In this document: piece by piece, positions 25,111 through 39,772 of the stretch | Position numbering within the stretch: the stretch's first letter is position 1 | Layout: the number at the start of each line of letters is the position of its first letter | Assembly: GCA_013239625.1 (NCBI GenBank) | Contig: MU053810.1 | Span: 4,868,071-4,932,070, forward strand | Direction of reading: 5' to 3' | Length of the DNA stretch: 64,000 nucleotides | From: Lama guanicoe | Lineage: Eukaryota | The notes under the pieces: generated by a model | Databases searched by the model: none | What the model saw: the letters and a program-made list of their open reading frames with translations, nothing else | What the model was told of the DNA's origin: nothing | Position numbers and translations under genes: made by a program

Positions 25111-27004
25111 CTATAAATGGGATAGAAGCCAAGGAGTCACCGGGTGGGCTGGTACTCGAGGCCTTCCTTTCCTCCATCCTTTTTATGTGGACCTCACGGC
25201 GTGCATCATTGGGCAGCCAGCAAGTGGTGTCTGACCCCGTCTCCTGGTCGTTCACTGCCAAGATGTAGGACTGATGCCTCAAAGGCTGTGGTGTCTGGCG
25301 ACCAGATGGAGGCTTTTCTCTTAGGATGACAGTTTCTTTATTTTCTACAGCACTGGACTGCTGAACTTCAGCCTCCTGTAAATTTAAATCTTGATTCCTT
25401 TGAGTGATGGGTAACTCTGAATCTGGTGTGCCAGAACTCTCATTCATCAGAGGTGTGAGCTTAACAGAAGCTTCAGATAGAGAAGGGGGTTTCCCGGTGT
25501 CCACCTGGTGACCAGGAGCACTTTCAGCCCCTAACCATGTCTGCTGATTCAGTAGGCTGTTTTGATGCAAATGATTTACTGGTCTTTGGTCTTTAATAGA
25601 AATAAATGAGTTCTGGCTGGAGGGGGGTTTTGTGACATGCGTAGAAGGCGCTTTCAGAGAATTACTTCGGACTTTCACAAGAGGTGACCTGTCCTGTGAA
25701 ATACCTCGAGGCTGGGACATCCCACAAGTAGTCTGAAAATTTCGGTTTGCCTGCAGTGTCTTTAGATCTGGCGGAATTTTTTTAAACTGAGACACCGATC
25801 CCGCCCCTCGGCCACTCACCCGACGGTTGTCAGAATTCACAAGGCTTGGAGCCACCGTAAAATTGGAACCCCGAAAAGATTTGTGAATTTCTGGCTGCCT
25901 GGGTCTCTCATAAATACCTCGCCGATCGTCCTGTTCGGTAAACCCGCTCCACGTGTAAGTCTGCTTTCGGTCTCCATTTGAATCAGGGGGCGGACGTTCA
26001 GAATGGACGTTTTCTAAAGTTTCACCCTGTCCCTCGATATAATCCCACGAGCGAGTTCTGTGATTACTAAAACTAACAGATGGAGACGTCAGCGTTCCTT
26101 GAGATGCACTTCTCGGGCAATACTTCATTAACACGGAGTCCTCCAGCCTCTCCTGGGACACGCTGCGTTGCCGGATCTGAACGGACTGGGGCACTCGGTC
26201 CTGAGAGGTGCTCCGACGTCGTACCTGCAGAGCGGCGCGGTTCAGTACCACCTGGTTGTAGTCTGCTGTGCTCTGAGAGGCTGCTCTCAAACTGTCTAAC
26301 CTTTCCTGAATTGTCCGACAACCTATGTGCAACCGCCTGTTATCAATGTACTCTTTGTAAGTTTTATAGTTTTTCCAGTCTATGTGCTGATGGGAATTTG
26401 GAGAATAGTGATTGACAGATACAGAAGGCGAATCCACAGCTGGAGATCTATTGCTTGATGGTCCCTCTGCGTGTCCGCTGTAATTGCCAGATTTCAGTAA
26501 AATCCCAGAAGGTTCCAATGACCTGGAGCCGGCTGGATGAATTAGATGGGCAGTGGGAACTGACGACGGTGGTGATGTGGTTCTTGACGCCGTTTTTAAA
26601 GAGGTCTGCTCATTTCTGCCATACCTCACCTCTTCAGTTCTGTGCGAGGGAACCGTGTGGGTGTTCCTATTAGGTAACAAATCTACAACCTTCTCAGAAG
26701 GTACAATGACAGTCCTTACGCTTTCATTGCAGACACACACTGCTGTGTTTGACTTGGCCACATCTGGGGGTGATGGAGGCACTTGGATTTCCATCCGGTA
26801 GGCCCTGCTGGGCTGCGTCAGTACTGGTGGACTGGTTTGCTGTTTGCTGGAGGAGGAGTCTGGAGGAGCTGTTTCAGCGGGCTGCGCCATGGCTGAAGGG
26901 GCGGACGGAAGCCAGGGGTAGCAGATCGGTGGGGGCTCGGGTATGTTGCGGGCATTGCCGCTGTAGGCTTCATTGCCTTTCAGGTAGGCATCTTGAGAAT
27001 ACGC
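25111..27004 (-). CDS. ARHGAP21: ARHGAP21 exon ~9 (1894 nt), [10 protein letters not shown]...DSLASIPFI
   Basis: Overlaps the 598-aa ORF 25094-26890; cgtag acceptor, gtgagc donor; phase 0->1. Confidence 0.97.
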
Positions 27005-28338
27005 CTACGTGGAGACGAGAGAAAGGGGTCACTTAAAATTCATCAAAGGAACACTCACTTCCACTCTTGCGATGCACTACTTTACTTTACGGTGCCCGGC
27101 CTCGTGCCTGAATGGCATTCACTAAAGCATGCGTGCAAACGTAACAACATAAGGGTAACTCCACAAATGCAGAAAGGGGCTAGTCTCTCAGAAATCAAAT
27201 AAATTGTAGAATTTGCAAAAAATATAAATTGTAATGGCCTGTTTCCCCAAAAGGTCTGAAACACACCAAATTCCCCACCACCACCATCAATCAGATATAG
27301 ATGTCTTGCTCCTAAAAATTTCCCCTTTCAAGTTTTACAGTTTTTCTTTTTCTTTCTCCAGCAGTTGGCAGGTTAAACGGCTGCTAATACATCTCAGCAA
27401 AAGAAGAACCTGGTCTTTTGCCAGAGTGAAGGTGAAAATATGAAAAATCTTCACCAAATACAACCTTTATTTGAGGCACTACTGTTATCATAAATTAAAT
27501 AATATACTGAAGGCTGTCTTGCCAATGAATGATTACTGAGTCACTAAAAATAATCCATTGTGATAAATTAAGTCCTCCAGCAGCCATGCTAAATACTTAT
27601 TTAAAATAGAGAATATGTACATTTAAGAAATTAAAGTTATTAAAGGCATAAGATATGAAAAAAGGTGATTCATCTTCCTGTATATAATCTATAATTTTTA
27701 TTTCACATGAATGTAAGATTACATTGTACAAATTTATTTGGTCTCTTTCACCTGTTATAAGGAGACATTGCTCTATTACTATCAGGCAGGCATGCAGCTC
27801 AAATTATTTTTTATCAATTATTTATGAAATTATCTAGAAATATTTTTTAAAACTTAAATCTAACAAAGTAAATACAGAAGACTCTACAGAACAGCTAATC
27901 GATGCAGTTCAGGACTGTGTACAGCAGCTGAGACAGTTAGGTGTGGTGTCATATTACATATTCTCCCCTAATCAAAACAAGCTTAAATTCAAGACCATCA
28001 TCACATCCTGTCTTTGCAAACAGCCTGCAAAGCTCAAGTGCAGCCACAAACATAACGTAACAGCAAAGTACTAGAAGAGAGAGGGTGAGATGCTTAAAGA
28101 AATACAGATGCAGATACATGTTATGTTTTAATGCCAGTTATGTACAGGATACAAAAGAAAACCAAAATAAACAGGAAAAATAAAACAATACATCACAAAC
28201 ACATTCTGCAAATTAGTAAGATTAACACCACGGAGAGATTCCTGTAAGCAAACTTACAGTTTTAATAGACTGGCTTATTACAAATCTCTACAAAACATGA
28301 CTTAAAAAGCAAGGAAATGGCTTCTGTGCATTTCTTAC

Positions 28339-28368
28339 CAGAGCTGTGACATCCTTTGTAAATTGTAG
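28339..28368 (-). CDS. ARHGAP21: ARHGAP21 30-nt microexon ~8, LQFTKDVTAL
   Basis: ttttctgctag acceptor, CTG|gtaaga donor; symmetric phase 0; peptide matches my recollection of human DILQVLQFTKDVTALAYSQ. Confidence 0.88.
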
Positions 28369-31300
28369 CTAGCAGAAAATAGGAAAACATAGTAGAAGCT
28401 GCTTACTGATATACAGACAGAATCATGTTGTCACACTGATGCTGGAAAACAGCAAGCTAAAAATACATCTACACTGATTCCTCTGGAAGGTACCAAGAGA
28501 AGTAAAGGGCAGTGAGGCATAAAGAATAACTTCAGTATCCTTCTGAGCATCTTTTTCTCAAGCTTTTATCTGGTCCTTATTTACTTTGTCTACCATTCTT
28601 GAAAGCAAAACACATCTGGTGACATGCATTTGCGACAGATAATTCCTTCAGTGTGTACGGCTGTCTGACAATGTGCTGCAAACCTTCCCTTCCATGAGAG
28701 CAACATTGATGCCTCTCATTTCCCCTGAGCTTCTTCCATCTCTGCTTCTAGATGACGAAACGAACGCTCTGTTATGCTTTTACAATAGTACAACGTCCAC
28801 CTCCCCCTGTAACTCAGAGCACAGCCACAAGCTGTCAGCTGACTACAGCTGCCTTCACACTGTGATTTAGAAGAAAAGAATGACTGTTTTATTAAATGGG
28901 TTCCCCTCCAAAATTAAGGCCTTTCAACACTGTACCTTTTGTCTTGTTTTATTAGCTTATGAAAATAACCACTGAATGGAACACAAAAGTATGAGTTCCA
29001 GAATAATTCTTTTTAACTTAGAATGATTATTACGGAACCTAAACCAGGATGCAGTGAGAAATTCAAGCCAAGTAGATAAAAGAAAACAGGCATGCCATAA
29101 TATTTTTAAGGTACGAATACAGTCAATCAAAATATGTATTTTGGGGTAGGTGCCAGTGACACACAGGCCTGCCTTTTTAATGCTGATTACAGTCACACCG
29201 ATACCGACAGGAAAACCAAGTGTGGATGAGTGGAGTCAGACAGTATTTTCTGCAGCGTGTTTGTGCGATTTTATTAAGCATCGCCTAAAAGGGGGGGGGG
29301 GGAAGTGGAGAGGATATCCACTATGCTCAGTCATGTAGGAAAGGTTGGCTGGTCAGCTTCCTGACTTCTCAAAATCTCTCCTACATTAATGTACAGTGTA
29401 AAACTCGACATGGAATTAGAAACTTATTCAACCATGGTACCCATTTTTTCCCCCAGGGGTTTTAACACATGATTAGAATTTCTGCTGGGAAATGCGGTTC
29501 TAGAACCAGTAATTTAGAGATAATTTCTTTATTCAAATTCGGGGAGAAAGATTATCTTTTAATAATAAAAGTATATGACCAGAACTACGAAATACTTGAA
29601 AAAGTATTTGATATACTTCAGATAGCTCTAAGATTTCTACACAGCCAGCTCTAAATACTGAATAGTCTATATTCATGGGTCCCCACTTCTGGGTAAAGTT
29701 ATGGCAAAGGGGCCCTTAAATACAGACACACGAAACCCTGCGTTAACACTGGGCTGACTAAACAATATTCTACACATACAGTACTACTGTCTCATGTAAG
29801 AAGATACAGTTGAGATAAATAAAATGTGAATTCACTGAGTAGTATTACTCAATTTCCTCACATAGTCTTTCAGTTCATGGACACTAAAAAAGCTTATTTA
29901 TTTACCTAGCTGTCTATGTAAAAGTTGCTCATTCCCGTGAGGTTTGGGAACCAATACCATTCAATGAACATCCGTGGGGAAATGAGCAGTGCTCTGAGGC
30001 TGCTTAGTGTGTTCCAGGTAGGTCATGGGAATAAGCTCAATGGCTCTTCTGAGAGGTGTGGTACAGACACAGATGAGCCCCGGGGTAAGTTTAGGGAAGT
30101 AAATTAGGAGTAGACAATGTGCATTTTAAGGCGTCCTCTTCCCTCATGATGCCTTTAAGTATTGCTCTAGAAAACAAACTGCCGACTAAGGAAAGCTTTG
30201 GACGGGGCTTGCGTTCACACTAGGAGGGATTACAACATTTGTTTGCCTGTTTGAGGTGAACATGGAACCCACCGGATAAGGTTTTACATTGTGAACACCG
30301 AATTAAAAACTCTGTAGCTTGCTCACAGCTGTGACTGTGGATGCTTTCTCTTGAGTGCTTGGTCAGAAAGTCCCAAATCTTTCACTGAGACATCATAGTC
30401 AGACATTACAATGTTTTAATTACCCACTGGGAATTTTTGAACTGTCAATGGGCACCAATTAAACAACACAAACTATCAAAGTAATTTTTATATAATGATG
30501 TCAATTTATAATCTTTTATAATGACATCAAAATCATCCCAAATTAATAAGTTTGTCTGAAATGATATGGCCTAGAAGTTTTGAAACCAATGTCATAAGAA
30601 TTACATATTTGGCTCAGAATAATTTTTACTTTTATGTTTGTTTTAAGCCCAAATAGATACTTCATAGTATGTATCCGAAGTTTTGATATAATTAGACAAC
30701 AACTCAAATTTTTTCTGACTGGCGCTTGAGAATTCAATAACATATGACAAAAAAAAATTTAGCCAATTTTTTTCCTTAGTCCTTTTATCTATCACTTGAC
30801 ATTTTTTTCTTGAATTTCCTTTACCTTTGTACTTAGATTTATATCTGAAAATAATTTAGCAGTTCAAAAGTTTGTATTTTAAAATTCAAACCATACCTAA
30901 TAAAAATAGAACAGCAGCCCTATCATGCCTACAGATCCAAAAGGTTTTTAAAAGGGGGGGCTGGGGGTGAGTAAGGAAAGATGACTCACAGAATTCTTCA
31001 TTTGGAATCAGAATTGTAAAGAGCATTTAAATAAAATTTAATATTAACAGTCTGGATCTTGATTATACGTACAATGCCTAACAGTAACTAAAAAAATCCT
31101 AAAATAATCTTTCAGTTCAGTTTTAATAGAGTTGCATCAAAGTCACTATTACCATACCTGTGACTACTGCTGTACCATATTCACTGTCTAGTAAATAGTA
31201 AAAACAAAACAAAAAAAGTGCAGAATAAGCTGATAAGATTAAAATTCCTGCCTACCAGTTCACTGTTAACAGGCTGACCTGTTAATTTAATACCATTACC

Positions 31301-32594
31301 TATGATAAAAGCAAAAATAACTACATATCTGTTTGTATTATTTAATTTAATTTAATTTTTCACACCAAGTACACACTCTACCACTGAGTTGATACTCCTT
31401 CCCCTATATAATTTTAAAGTACACGCCAGACAGGCCGCAGTGGGGCATGGGAGAAGGGGATGATGAGGTTATTTTATACCTTTCTCAATTATTTGAAACT
31501 TTTCTAACAAACATATACTGCTCTTATAATTATTTAAAATTTTTTTTAAAAAAAGAACAAAGTAACTGCTTCAAACTTGCAAAATACAAAAGAACCCTCT
31601 AGAATTACTACTCTTGCTTCCCCACTCTAGGCAGGACCATCTGCCTAGATCAAGGTGGTCCTTGATCTCCACATGACAAATACCTAATTTTAAATAGAAT
31701 AGTATACTGACTGTGGAACATAGTAAATAATTATTCTGAAAGTAATTCTGTTAAATCTGAAGAGAAACTTGGGTTAAATGTAAGTTTTCAATTTCCATCA
31801 CACATTCATGGAGTGCGACATAGAGCAACGGATGCAGAGTCCAGAGGTGAGTTAGGGCAGCAGCTCTGCCACTGACTGGTAGTGGGGCTGGGGCAGCCCC
31901 TGGACTCTTCGTCTGCACCCAAGGGCGGCATGGGACTGTGCTTGAGCTGGAAGTACAGCCTGCACATGGTCTCCCACCTGCCTGGGTTCAAGTCCCAGCG
32001 CCATCACTTTCTTCCCTGTTCTACTTGCAAAGTTGTTGAACCAGAGCAGCACTAAGCAGCTCCAAACGCCTCGGTCAAACATCAGACACCCAAGAATCTC
32101 CACAGCCATCTGACTTAAGATTGAATTTTGAGTCCACTGAACCAAAGGCTTAACGAAGCATCCTGAGACGTGCACGGAAACATAGCACTCCCACCACAGG
32201 CCCATCTGAGGACGCGTTTTTTTCAGTCAACAGCACTGTTTAGGTGACTTGATGGGTGGTGGCGATTTCATGAACAGTGTCTGAGAGGGTAACAAAATCA
32301 TTTCGTCTTTCTGAAAATGCAACAGGAAGTGCCTTTTATTTTGTAATGCTACTTCATCAAATGACTGACATGAATACAGTACTATGCATATCGTTAATCT
32401 AAAAAATGTATGTTAGTTTAAAAAATGGGACTGTCGAGTACAGGAGTACTCTTACCAGCACGAATTTAATAACATAGTAACTCTTAATTTTACTTCATGT
32501 TTGTCAAAAACATTACATCACTGCCTTCTATAAATTATTAAGTTTATTATTATATAATCTGTCCTTACATGGGGCAAGTTTCAAACTAAGTTCA

Positions 32595-32773
32595 ATTTTC
32601 TTTTTTTTTAATAATTCTTTACTTATTTTCATTAAAATTTTTTTCTTTTCTTTTTTTTTTTAGGGGGGAGGTAATTAGGTTTATTTATTAATTTTAAAGG
32701 AGGTACTGAGGATTGAATCCAGGACCTTGTGCACGCTAAGCATGCACTCTACCACTTGAGCTATGCATCTCCC
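32595..32773 (-). mobile_element. tRNA-derived SINE (vic-1-like)
   Basis: gggggaggtaattaggt...gattgaatccaggacc...ctctaccacttgagcta. Confidence 0.85.
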
Positions 32774-33197
32774 ACTACCACCAAATTCAATCTTCTGCGC
32801 CACCTCTCAGAGAGCTGAGCACCTCCAGGACATTCAACTTGGTCCATGCATCACTTGAGGAAACAAACTTTCACGCATACCCAGTCCTGGGTTTGTCACC
32901 CAGGCAAACATACACAAACTGTGACAGGCTTTCTCCTGGGTAAATAATGTTTATGGCGGCTGTAAAAATGGTCATGCTTGTGTTGTTTTTTACAATGAAT
33001 ATTCAACCTCACAGGGACAAATACATCTTTTTTAAAGATGTATATATTTCGGATAACAGATTTAAGACCAACATAAATACTTCTGAGGCCCCTGATAGAA
33101 CATTTTAGCTCTAGAATCTGTTTAAGAGGTATTTCCACATACAGTTTTTTAAGTAATAGATTATCTGTGTTTTATAATAGCTTTGAAAATGACATGT

Positions 33198-33462
33198 ATA
33201 CAGTCTTATGGTTACTGGGGAAAGGGGGTGGGAAGGGATAAATCTGGGAGTTCGAGATTTACAAATGTTAGCCACTATATATAAAAATAGATTTTAAAAA
33301 GTTTCTTCTGTATAGCACGGGGAACTACGTTCAATATCTTGTAATAAACTTTAATGGAGAAAAATACGAAAACGAATACATGTATGTATATGCATGACTG
33401 GGACATTGTGCTGTACACCACAGATTGACACATTGTAATTGACTGTATTTCAATTAAAAAAA
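33198..33462 (+). mobile_element. 5'-truncated young L1 3' end with TSD
   Basis: ctgtatagcacggggaact...caattaaaaaaaa; TSD aaaatgacatgt. Confidence 0.85.
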
Positions 33463-35474
33463 ATGACATGTGTAGATATCCCAGCTAAAAACATTTATTC
33501 AAAACAGAAGGTGCCCCATTTTCCTTCAGGGAACAATGCATGGTCTGCATTAATGACATATTCTCCTTTGATTTCCTAACAAGTTATAGTACATTCAAAT
33601 GTGAAAGGAGATTAGGTTTAAAAGTGAGGTTTTCTTTTATTGTTAAGGGTCTGAGCTTTTAATTTCTTATGATTAAAATAACTCTAATAACATGTTTGAA
33701 GAATGAATTTTCTGTTACAATACGTGTATCAGGATCCTTTCCTGATGGACCCTTGAAAACCTGTGTGCTCAGGTCACTTTAGTGAACCAGCTTTCCCCTG
33801 GGTTTGCAACACTTTGTATTTTTCCTTTATTTTAAATGTGTTTATCTTAAGTACAATATAAGGAGACTAATTAACCTGATTTCTCACTGATCACATCATC
33901 AGAAAATTATTCCTGGCACTGCTGCTACCTCCAACCATTGCTTCTCTGCATCCACCACACAGCAGGCTGGGGTGGTAATTCTGTGCTTGATTCCTTCCCT
34001 GGGAATTGAGTACAAAGCCAGCTGTTCTGTGAAATGAGCTGTTCGCTTCACTGTTCTAAACAGCGCCCCACCGGTGCCTTCCCTTTGCCAAGGAAAGAGT
34101 CTACTGAAGATGAGAAATCAGTTCTGTTGGGAAGAGCAGTCTGAGTCATGAGGTTGCATGAGGATTCAGTCTCCCCTACCATGTGCGCATCACCCCCGAG
34201 TCCTCTGCATACGTGGCGCATCAGAGGAGGGGCCCCTATTTATTTTCAGTCTTGTGACTTCCAAGGCCTTCCCTGGTTATGTGTGTCACCCTCGCTGTGC
34301 CGAACTATCAGGGAAAGGACTCTGCAACTAGTTCTGCCTGACAAAGAAAACCACCGTGGATGGTTACACCTCCTTCCTTGTTCAGGCACCAGCCCCAACA
34401 GAACTGTCTGCTTAAGGGTAATCAGTTATCAGTAAATATCTGAAATAGAATCAGCATGCCTTGAAAACAAGGTCCTTGGATTTCAGTTAATTATATTTTG
34501 TGTGTCCGTGAATAAACTGAATCATTAGGATCAGGTTTTAGGGGTTTTTTGTTAAAAAGAAAGTTTACAGAAGATAACTGAATGAAGTTCAAACTAATGC
34601 GTGACAAATGAAAAGCATTACCATTTCCTGTCTCACCACAAAGAATCCCTGAATTCTGGGTAAGAAAACAGAAAGCAACAACTATTTGCTAAAAGGAACT
34701 TTTTTAAAACCACAAACGTCAGTAGCCACTGCTACTTCCTACACTTAATAATTACTGTATTCCACTGAACTACAAAGTCAGTCTAAGAAAGATACTATTT
34801 TCTTGGATGAACTTTATTTTATCATCTTTTTACCTTCAGCAATATCTAAGCTCAATGAGAGAGTTCAGTGTTTGATTCAATTAATTTTCTTTCTAAAGAT
34901 GAGAAAAGTATTCTAAGCCAAATGCTGAAGTTTTCAACTATACAGTTTCATTCTCTAAGACACAACATATTTTTCCCTTAAGAGACTCTTTTCATTGTGA
35001 ACATCACTTCTAACATAATGGGTTGATACTGTTAAAGAAATCTGCTAGGTAAGTTAATTTACAAAGTTAATTTTAATACTTATTGGAAAATTTTTAAATG
35101 GCTTTCATACAATTTCTGTGCTTGTATTTAAAAAAAAAAATCTAACTTCTGGGAACAAGTACTTATACCAGGAGCTTTGGCTTTTGTCAAAGCACTACCT
35201 AGAATGCAATTTTGGAGCAAAAAAACTCTTTAGGAATCTCATTCCAAATGACAATAATATGAGTTTACTGTGGAATCAATAAAAAGTTCTCATGTTGCTT
35301 AATTGTAAAAAAAATTGACAATAGTCTCTCTCTTTTTTTAAATACTGAGAAAAATAGAGGGTTTGGGTTTTTTCCCTAGAATCTTTTGTAAAATTTAATA
35401 ACCTCCATCTTTAAAGAATTTTTATTAACAGTCATGATTATAAAACAACTCATATTTGAATCAATAAAACTTAC

Positions 35475-35529
35475 CACTTGGAGAATGTCTTCATCTTTTG
35501 GCATAACACTAAGTTCCAATGTTGTATCA
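35475..35529 (-). CDS. ARHGAP21: ARHGAP21 exon ~7 (55 nt), (S)DTTLELSVMPKDEDILQV (PDZ end)
   Basis: ttcag acceptor, gtaagt donor; phase 2->0. Confidence 0.95.
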
Positions 35530-38022
35530 CTGAAATTGAATACACATACACTATTTTAGAGAAGGCAGAAGTATGTAAGAGTGACATAAAGGAAAAAGAG
35601 TTAACTCAGAAGTAATTCTTAAATGGTTTATGAGTTTAATTTGGGTTTTTTTTTAATCTTTACTTTTCAAATCCAACTCATTAAAATGAAAAGAAGTCAT
35701 TTATATACATAAAAGCTAATTATGTAAAAAGAGGGCACCCCGCCATATGTCTGGCTATTCATAATTGGTCAAGTGTTCTTTATAGCATGTTTCTAATTTA
35801 GAAACATGAAGTATATTACGTCTATTGAATACTCCTGGAACAGAACTCATTAATATATAATTATGTTTTATTTTATTTCCAGTCACAGAACAAATTACAA
35901 ATTTTTACCACATATTCTCGCTGTCTATCAAGTTAAAAATACATTAACATAAAAATAACCAGAGAACCCTCATTTAACATTTTAAACAACCTTAAACATC
36001 CTAATTTTGAATTAAAATTCCCTCTTGGCCTCAGAGGGGAAAGAAATCAGAGTTCACCATCACAACCATCAAGATGACTCCTTATTTTTAAAAACCTTGT
36101 GGCATCTCAACTATGTGCTTTCTTGTCTGTGATTTAGTTTGAGAGCATTTACAGGAGCAGCTCAAAGTCTCGTTTTATTTTGGTACTCTAAATGTCCTGT
36201 TAAAAATAACAGAGGCGTTTCGCTAGGTTTAAAAGAGTCCTGTGATCTGGAATTACATTTAGGAAAGGCAAGGACAGTGGTGCTAGCGCCATCAAGTCCT
36301 TCAATATCTAACCTAAAAAGATCAGATAGATTTCCCCCCAATACAATCAAGAGATTAAGAAACAAACAACAACAAAAAACCCAAAAATCTAATAATTTAC
36401 TGGTGTCTCTATTTGAACCCTTATTTTCAGGTCATAAATGCTGAGACAATAGTAAACCAGTAAGAACCACAGGTTCAAAGAGATTATATTAAGAAAATAT
36501 GTAGATACTTGTATTTCAATATTTAGAGTTGGTAGAAAATACATACTGATGCTTAGATAAATTCTTCTGCAAGGATACATTTTTACATTAATACACTGCA
36601 GAATCTCAATGGCTTTGTGCTGCATTAATCCATTTGCTACCAACTGCAGACAAAAGGAACACAATTTTGTAAAAGAAAAATAAGATCATGAAAAAACAGT
36701 ATTTATTTTTCAAATTGCTTTATTGGTTGAAAAATTAAGACTGTCATTCCCAAGTGTTATTATTCTGAAAGATAAACTGCACCAGTAACAAAAATAAAAA
36801 TAAACAAACAAAAAAACCAACAATGTGGATTTTGAGGAGAACAAAGATTCGGTTATCACTGTTTGGAAAAGTAGTATTTTAAAAGAAGAGATGTTAATAA
36901 ATACACTAAAACTCCTTAAATTACAGGTTGACAAAACATATTGGTGTACTTATTACGATCTAAATTGTTTTTGGTAAAACAAAATTTGGGTGGATCTCCC
37001 CAGTGCCTCTGGAGAAGCTTTCAATTCTCCACCAGTCCCCAGGTCTCCTAAATACTTAAGATCAAACATGCATCACCATCAGCAATACCTAGAACCCAAG
37101 AGTACGGACAAAACTGATCAATAAATCATGATCACATCACCTGACTGTAAAAGTGGCAACGTATTAGGACATTAGTGTAAATAACTTAGATTATTGCATA
37201 AACTGCTTTAGACATGGTTAGAGGAGCTTGACAGGCGTCTTCAAAAAATCATGAACTTCAATTTAATTACAGACAGGTGAGTATGGCTAATAGCAAGCAA
37301 CAGATAATCCCTAAAGTTACTGTATTTGAATCTGGCAAGAATCTCTTACAAGAGTGATGACCTGGAAATCAGACCCTAGAGTCATGGTCTACTCTTGATA
37401 GAAATTCAATATGGTAACCTCTTTGGCTTTATTTGTAATTAAAAAAAAATTTTTATGTGTTTGACACAGAGAAAGAGAGCAGGACTAAATTATCTTTAAG
37501 TCAGCCACTCTATAAATATTTACCTTTAGAACTCTAAATCCTATTTTGTAGAATGTAGGTGGACAGATGAATTAAAAGGGAATTTCTTGCTTTGTTAAAA
37601 CAAATGAATATGAGCCAAGAATATTATTCAGTAAGCTATTTAAAGATAAGTTTTCTTAGTAGGAGGGTTTAAAATAAATTATGCATTTATTTATATACTT
37701 ACTATAAATAAATTCTAAATCTGATTGTCACTTTAAGTAAAAGCAGGAAACTTAACAGTAAATCTAAAATATATGCCTCTCAGGCTCTAAAGGATTTTAA
37801 TTACAAATCAATAAATTTACCAAAACAAAGGTACCAAATAAGCCATCCTCAGGTAGTTCATTCCTGGCAACTTTCAAATGCGTTTTCCACTTTCAGGAAA
37901 GTTCCATTATCTCCATATTGTATCAATTCCTTACAGGAATACAATACTGCTTTAAATCTACTTGCTTCATTTATTTATAAAACCCATCTTTGGCCAAAAT
38001 TAATCATATTTCAAGAATCTTA

Positions 38023-38163
<141 letters not shown>

Positions 38164-39631
38164 TCAATTCTGAGTACCTCTGAAATATTTCTTGAATAAT
38201 ATACTTATGTTTGATATATCCTTGCTTGTTGCTTTTTCAAGTACCTCTTACAAAAATAAATCTAAATTTTAATATATCCAGCTTCTTATGAAATATAACT
38301 GTGTTTTAAATAAGAGCCCAGGCATTGATGAATTTGGAAACTCCAGAAAGTATAATCACCAAGTGACCACAGGTACACTAGTTACATTTAAATCCTTATC
38401 CTTTGTCTTCAGAGTTGTAGAACCAGTTATTCTTCTGTTTACCCTGTCATTTCTAATAGAGAAACATTCTTTAACCGGTTTAAACAACTGATTGATTGTG
38501 ATCTCAGGGTCCTCTAATTTCAGTCCAGCTGATTTCCTTGTGGCATTCTCCCCAGCTATTTAGTTCATTGATTGGTGCTACATTACAGAACTAAACATGG
38601 TTATACACATAGCTTTGACTTTATATATATTAACTCGTTCTTCATTTTAATGGGGAAAAGGATATTTGGATTACTCAGAAAAACTGAGCAGAGCAGAAAG
38701 GAAAATCATAAGAGACAGGGAAAAAAGGAAAATATTTAAAATGTACTTTTTGTGCACACACAGCCCCTCTCCACTTCATCTTCCCAACCTTGTGAGGCTT
38801 AGAACATGACAGATGATTCTAGGTAATGGAATCCTGTATGTTCACTGATATGCAGATTATATATACTAATGATACTGAAATAAGACTTCCTTTAACTATG
38901 ACAAAAAAGATAATTAATAAATTAACGGTGTATCCCTAATAAATCTTGGCAATGACACTTCCAACCTATATTTGTAGCTGAAAAGATGACATTCTATTCA
39001 AAAGGCAGTAAAAAATATTTTTCACTAATTCCCATTTTAAATGATTTTATGTTTAAAGGCAAGAAAAAAGCATTTTAGTGTATGCATTAATCTAAACTAA
39101 ATCTTATATAGTTTTAATTAAAATCCCAAATCACAAGATACTTTAGAATATACAGCTGCCAGACCACATCCACATTCATCTACAGATGAAGCCAGGCCTG
39201 TGTTGCACTGGAGACTTTAACTGCTTTTTGTCTTGCAGTGATTAACTCACCTCTGGCAGGTCAGGCACTTCCAGGACTCAGAGATTCAAGAAGACTATTT
39301 CAATTATATCAATAAACACCCTCATCATTTTGCTATTTGGTAAACCTTTGTCAAAACTAAATGTATGCAAAATAGGCTGTTTAAAAGGGCCTCCAAGAGT
39401 CCGTTATCTGACTGGTAACTCAAAGCTTTCACAATTTATCAATTCATATCACGTTCTTTCTGTCCAGACCCATCCATTTGGGTATCAAAGAACATCTAAC
39501 TTAGTAGGTCTGGAAAATAGTAGTAACTGATGTGAAGAAAAAGGAAGAAAGACACAGGAGGGAGAAGGAAGAATAATGGAAAATGAAATGTGGAAGCAAC
39601 AAAATAAAAAAGAAATGAAAAGGCAAGTTTA

Positions 39632-39772
<141 letters not shown>

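Noticed and set aside
35376..35474. Read-through of exon 7 into the intron (VSFIDSNMSCF...KRF*) as a PDZ-only isoform
   Set aside because: The nearest AATAAA (35421-35426) lies inside the ORF, upstream of the stop; cannot be supported without 3'-end data.
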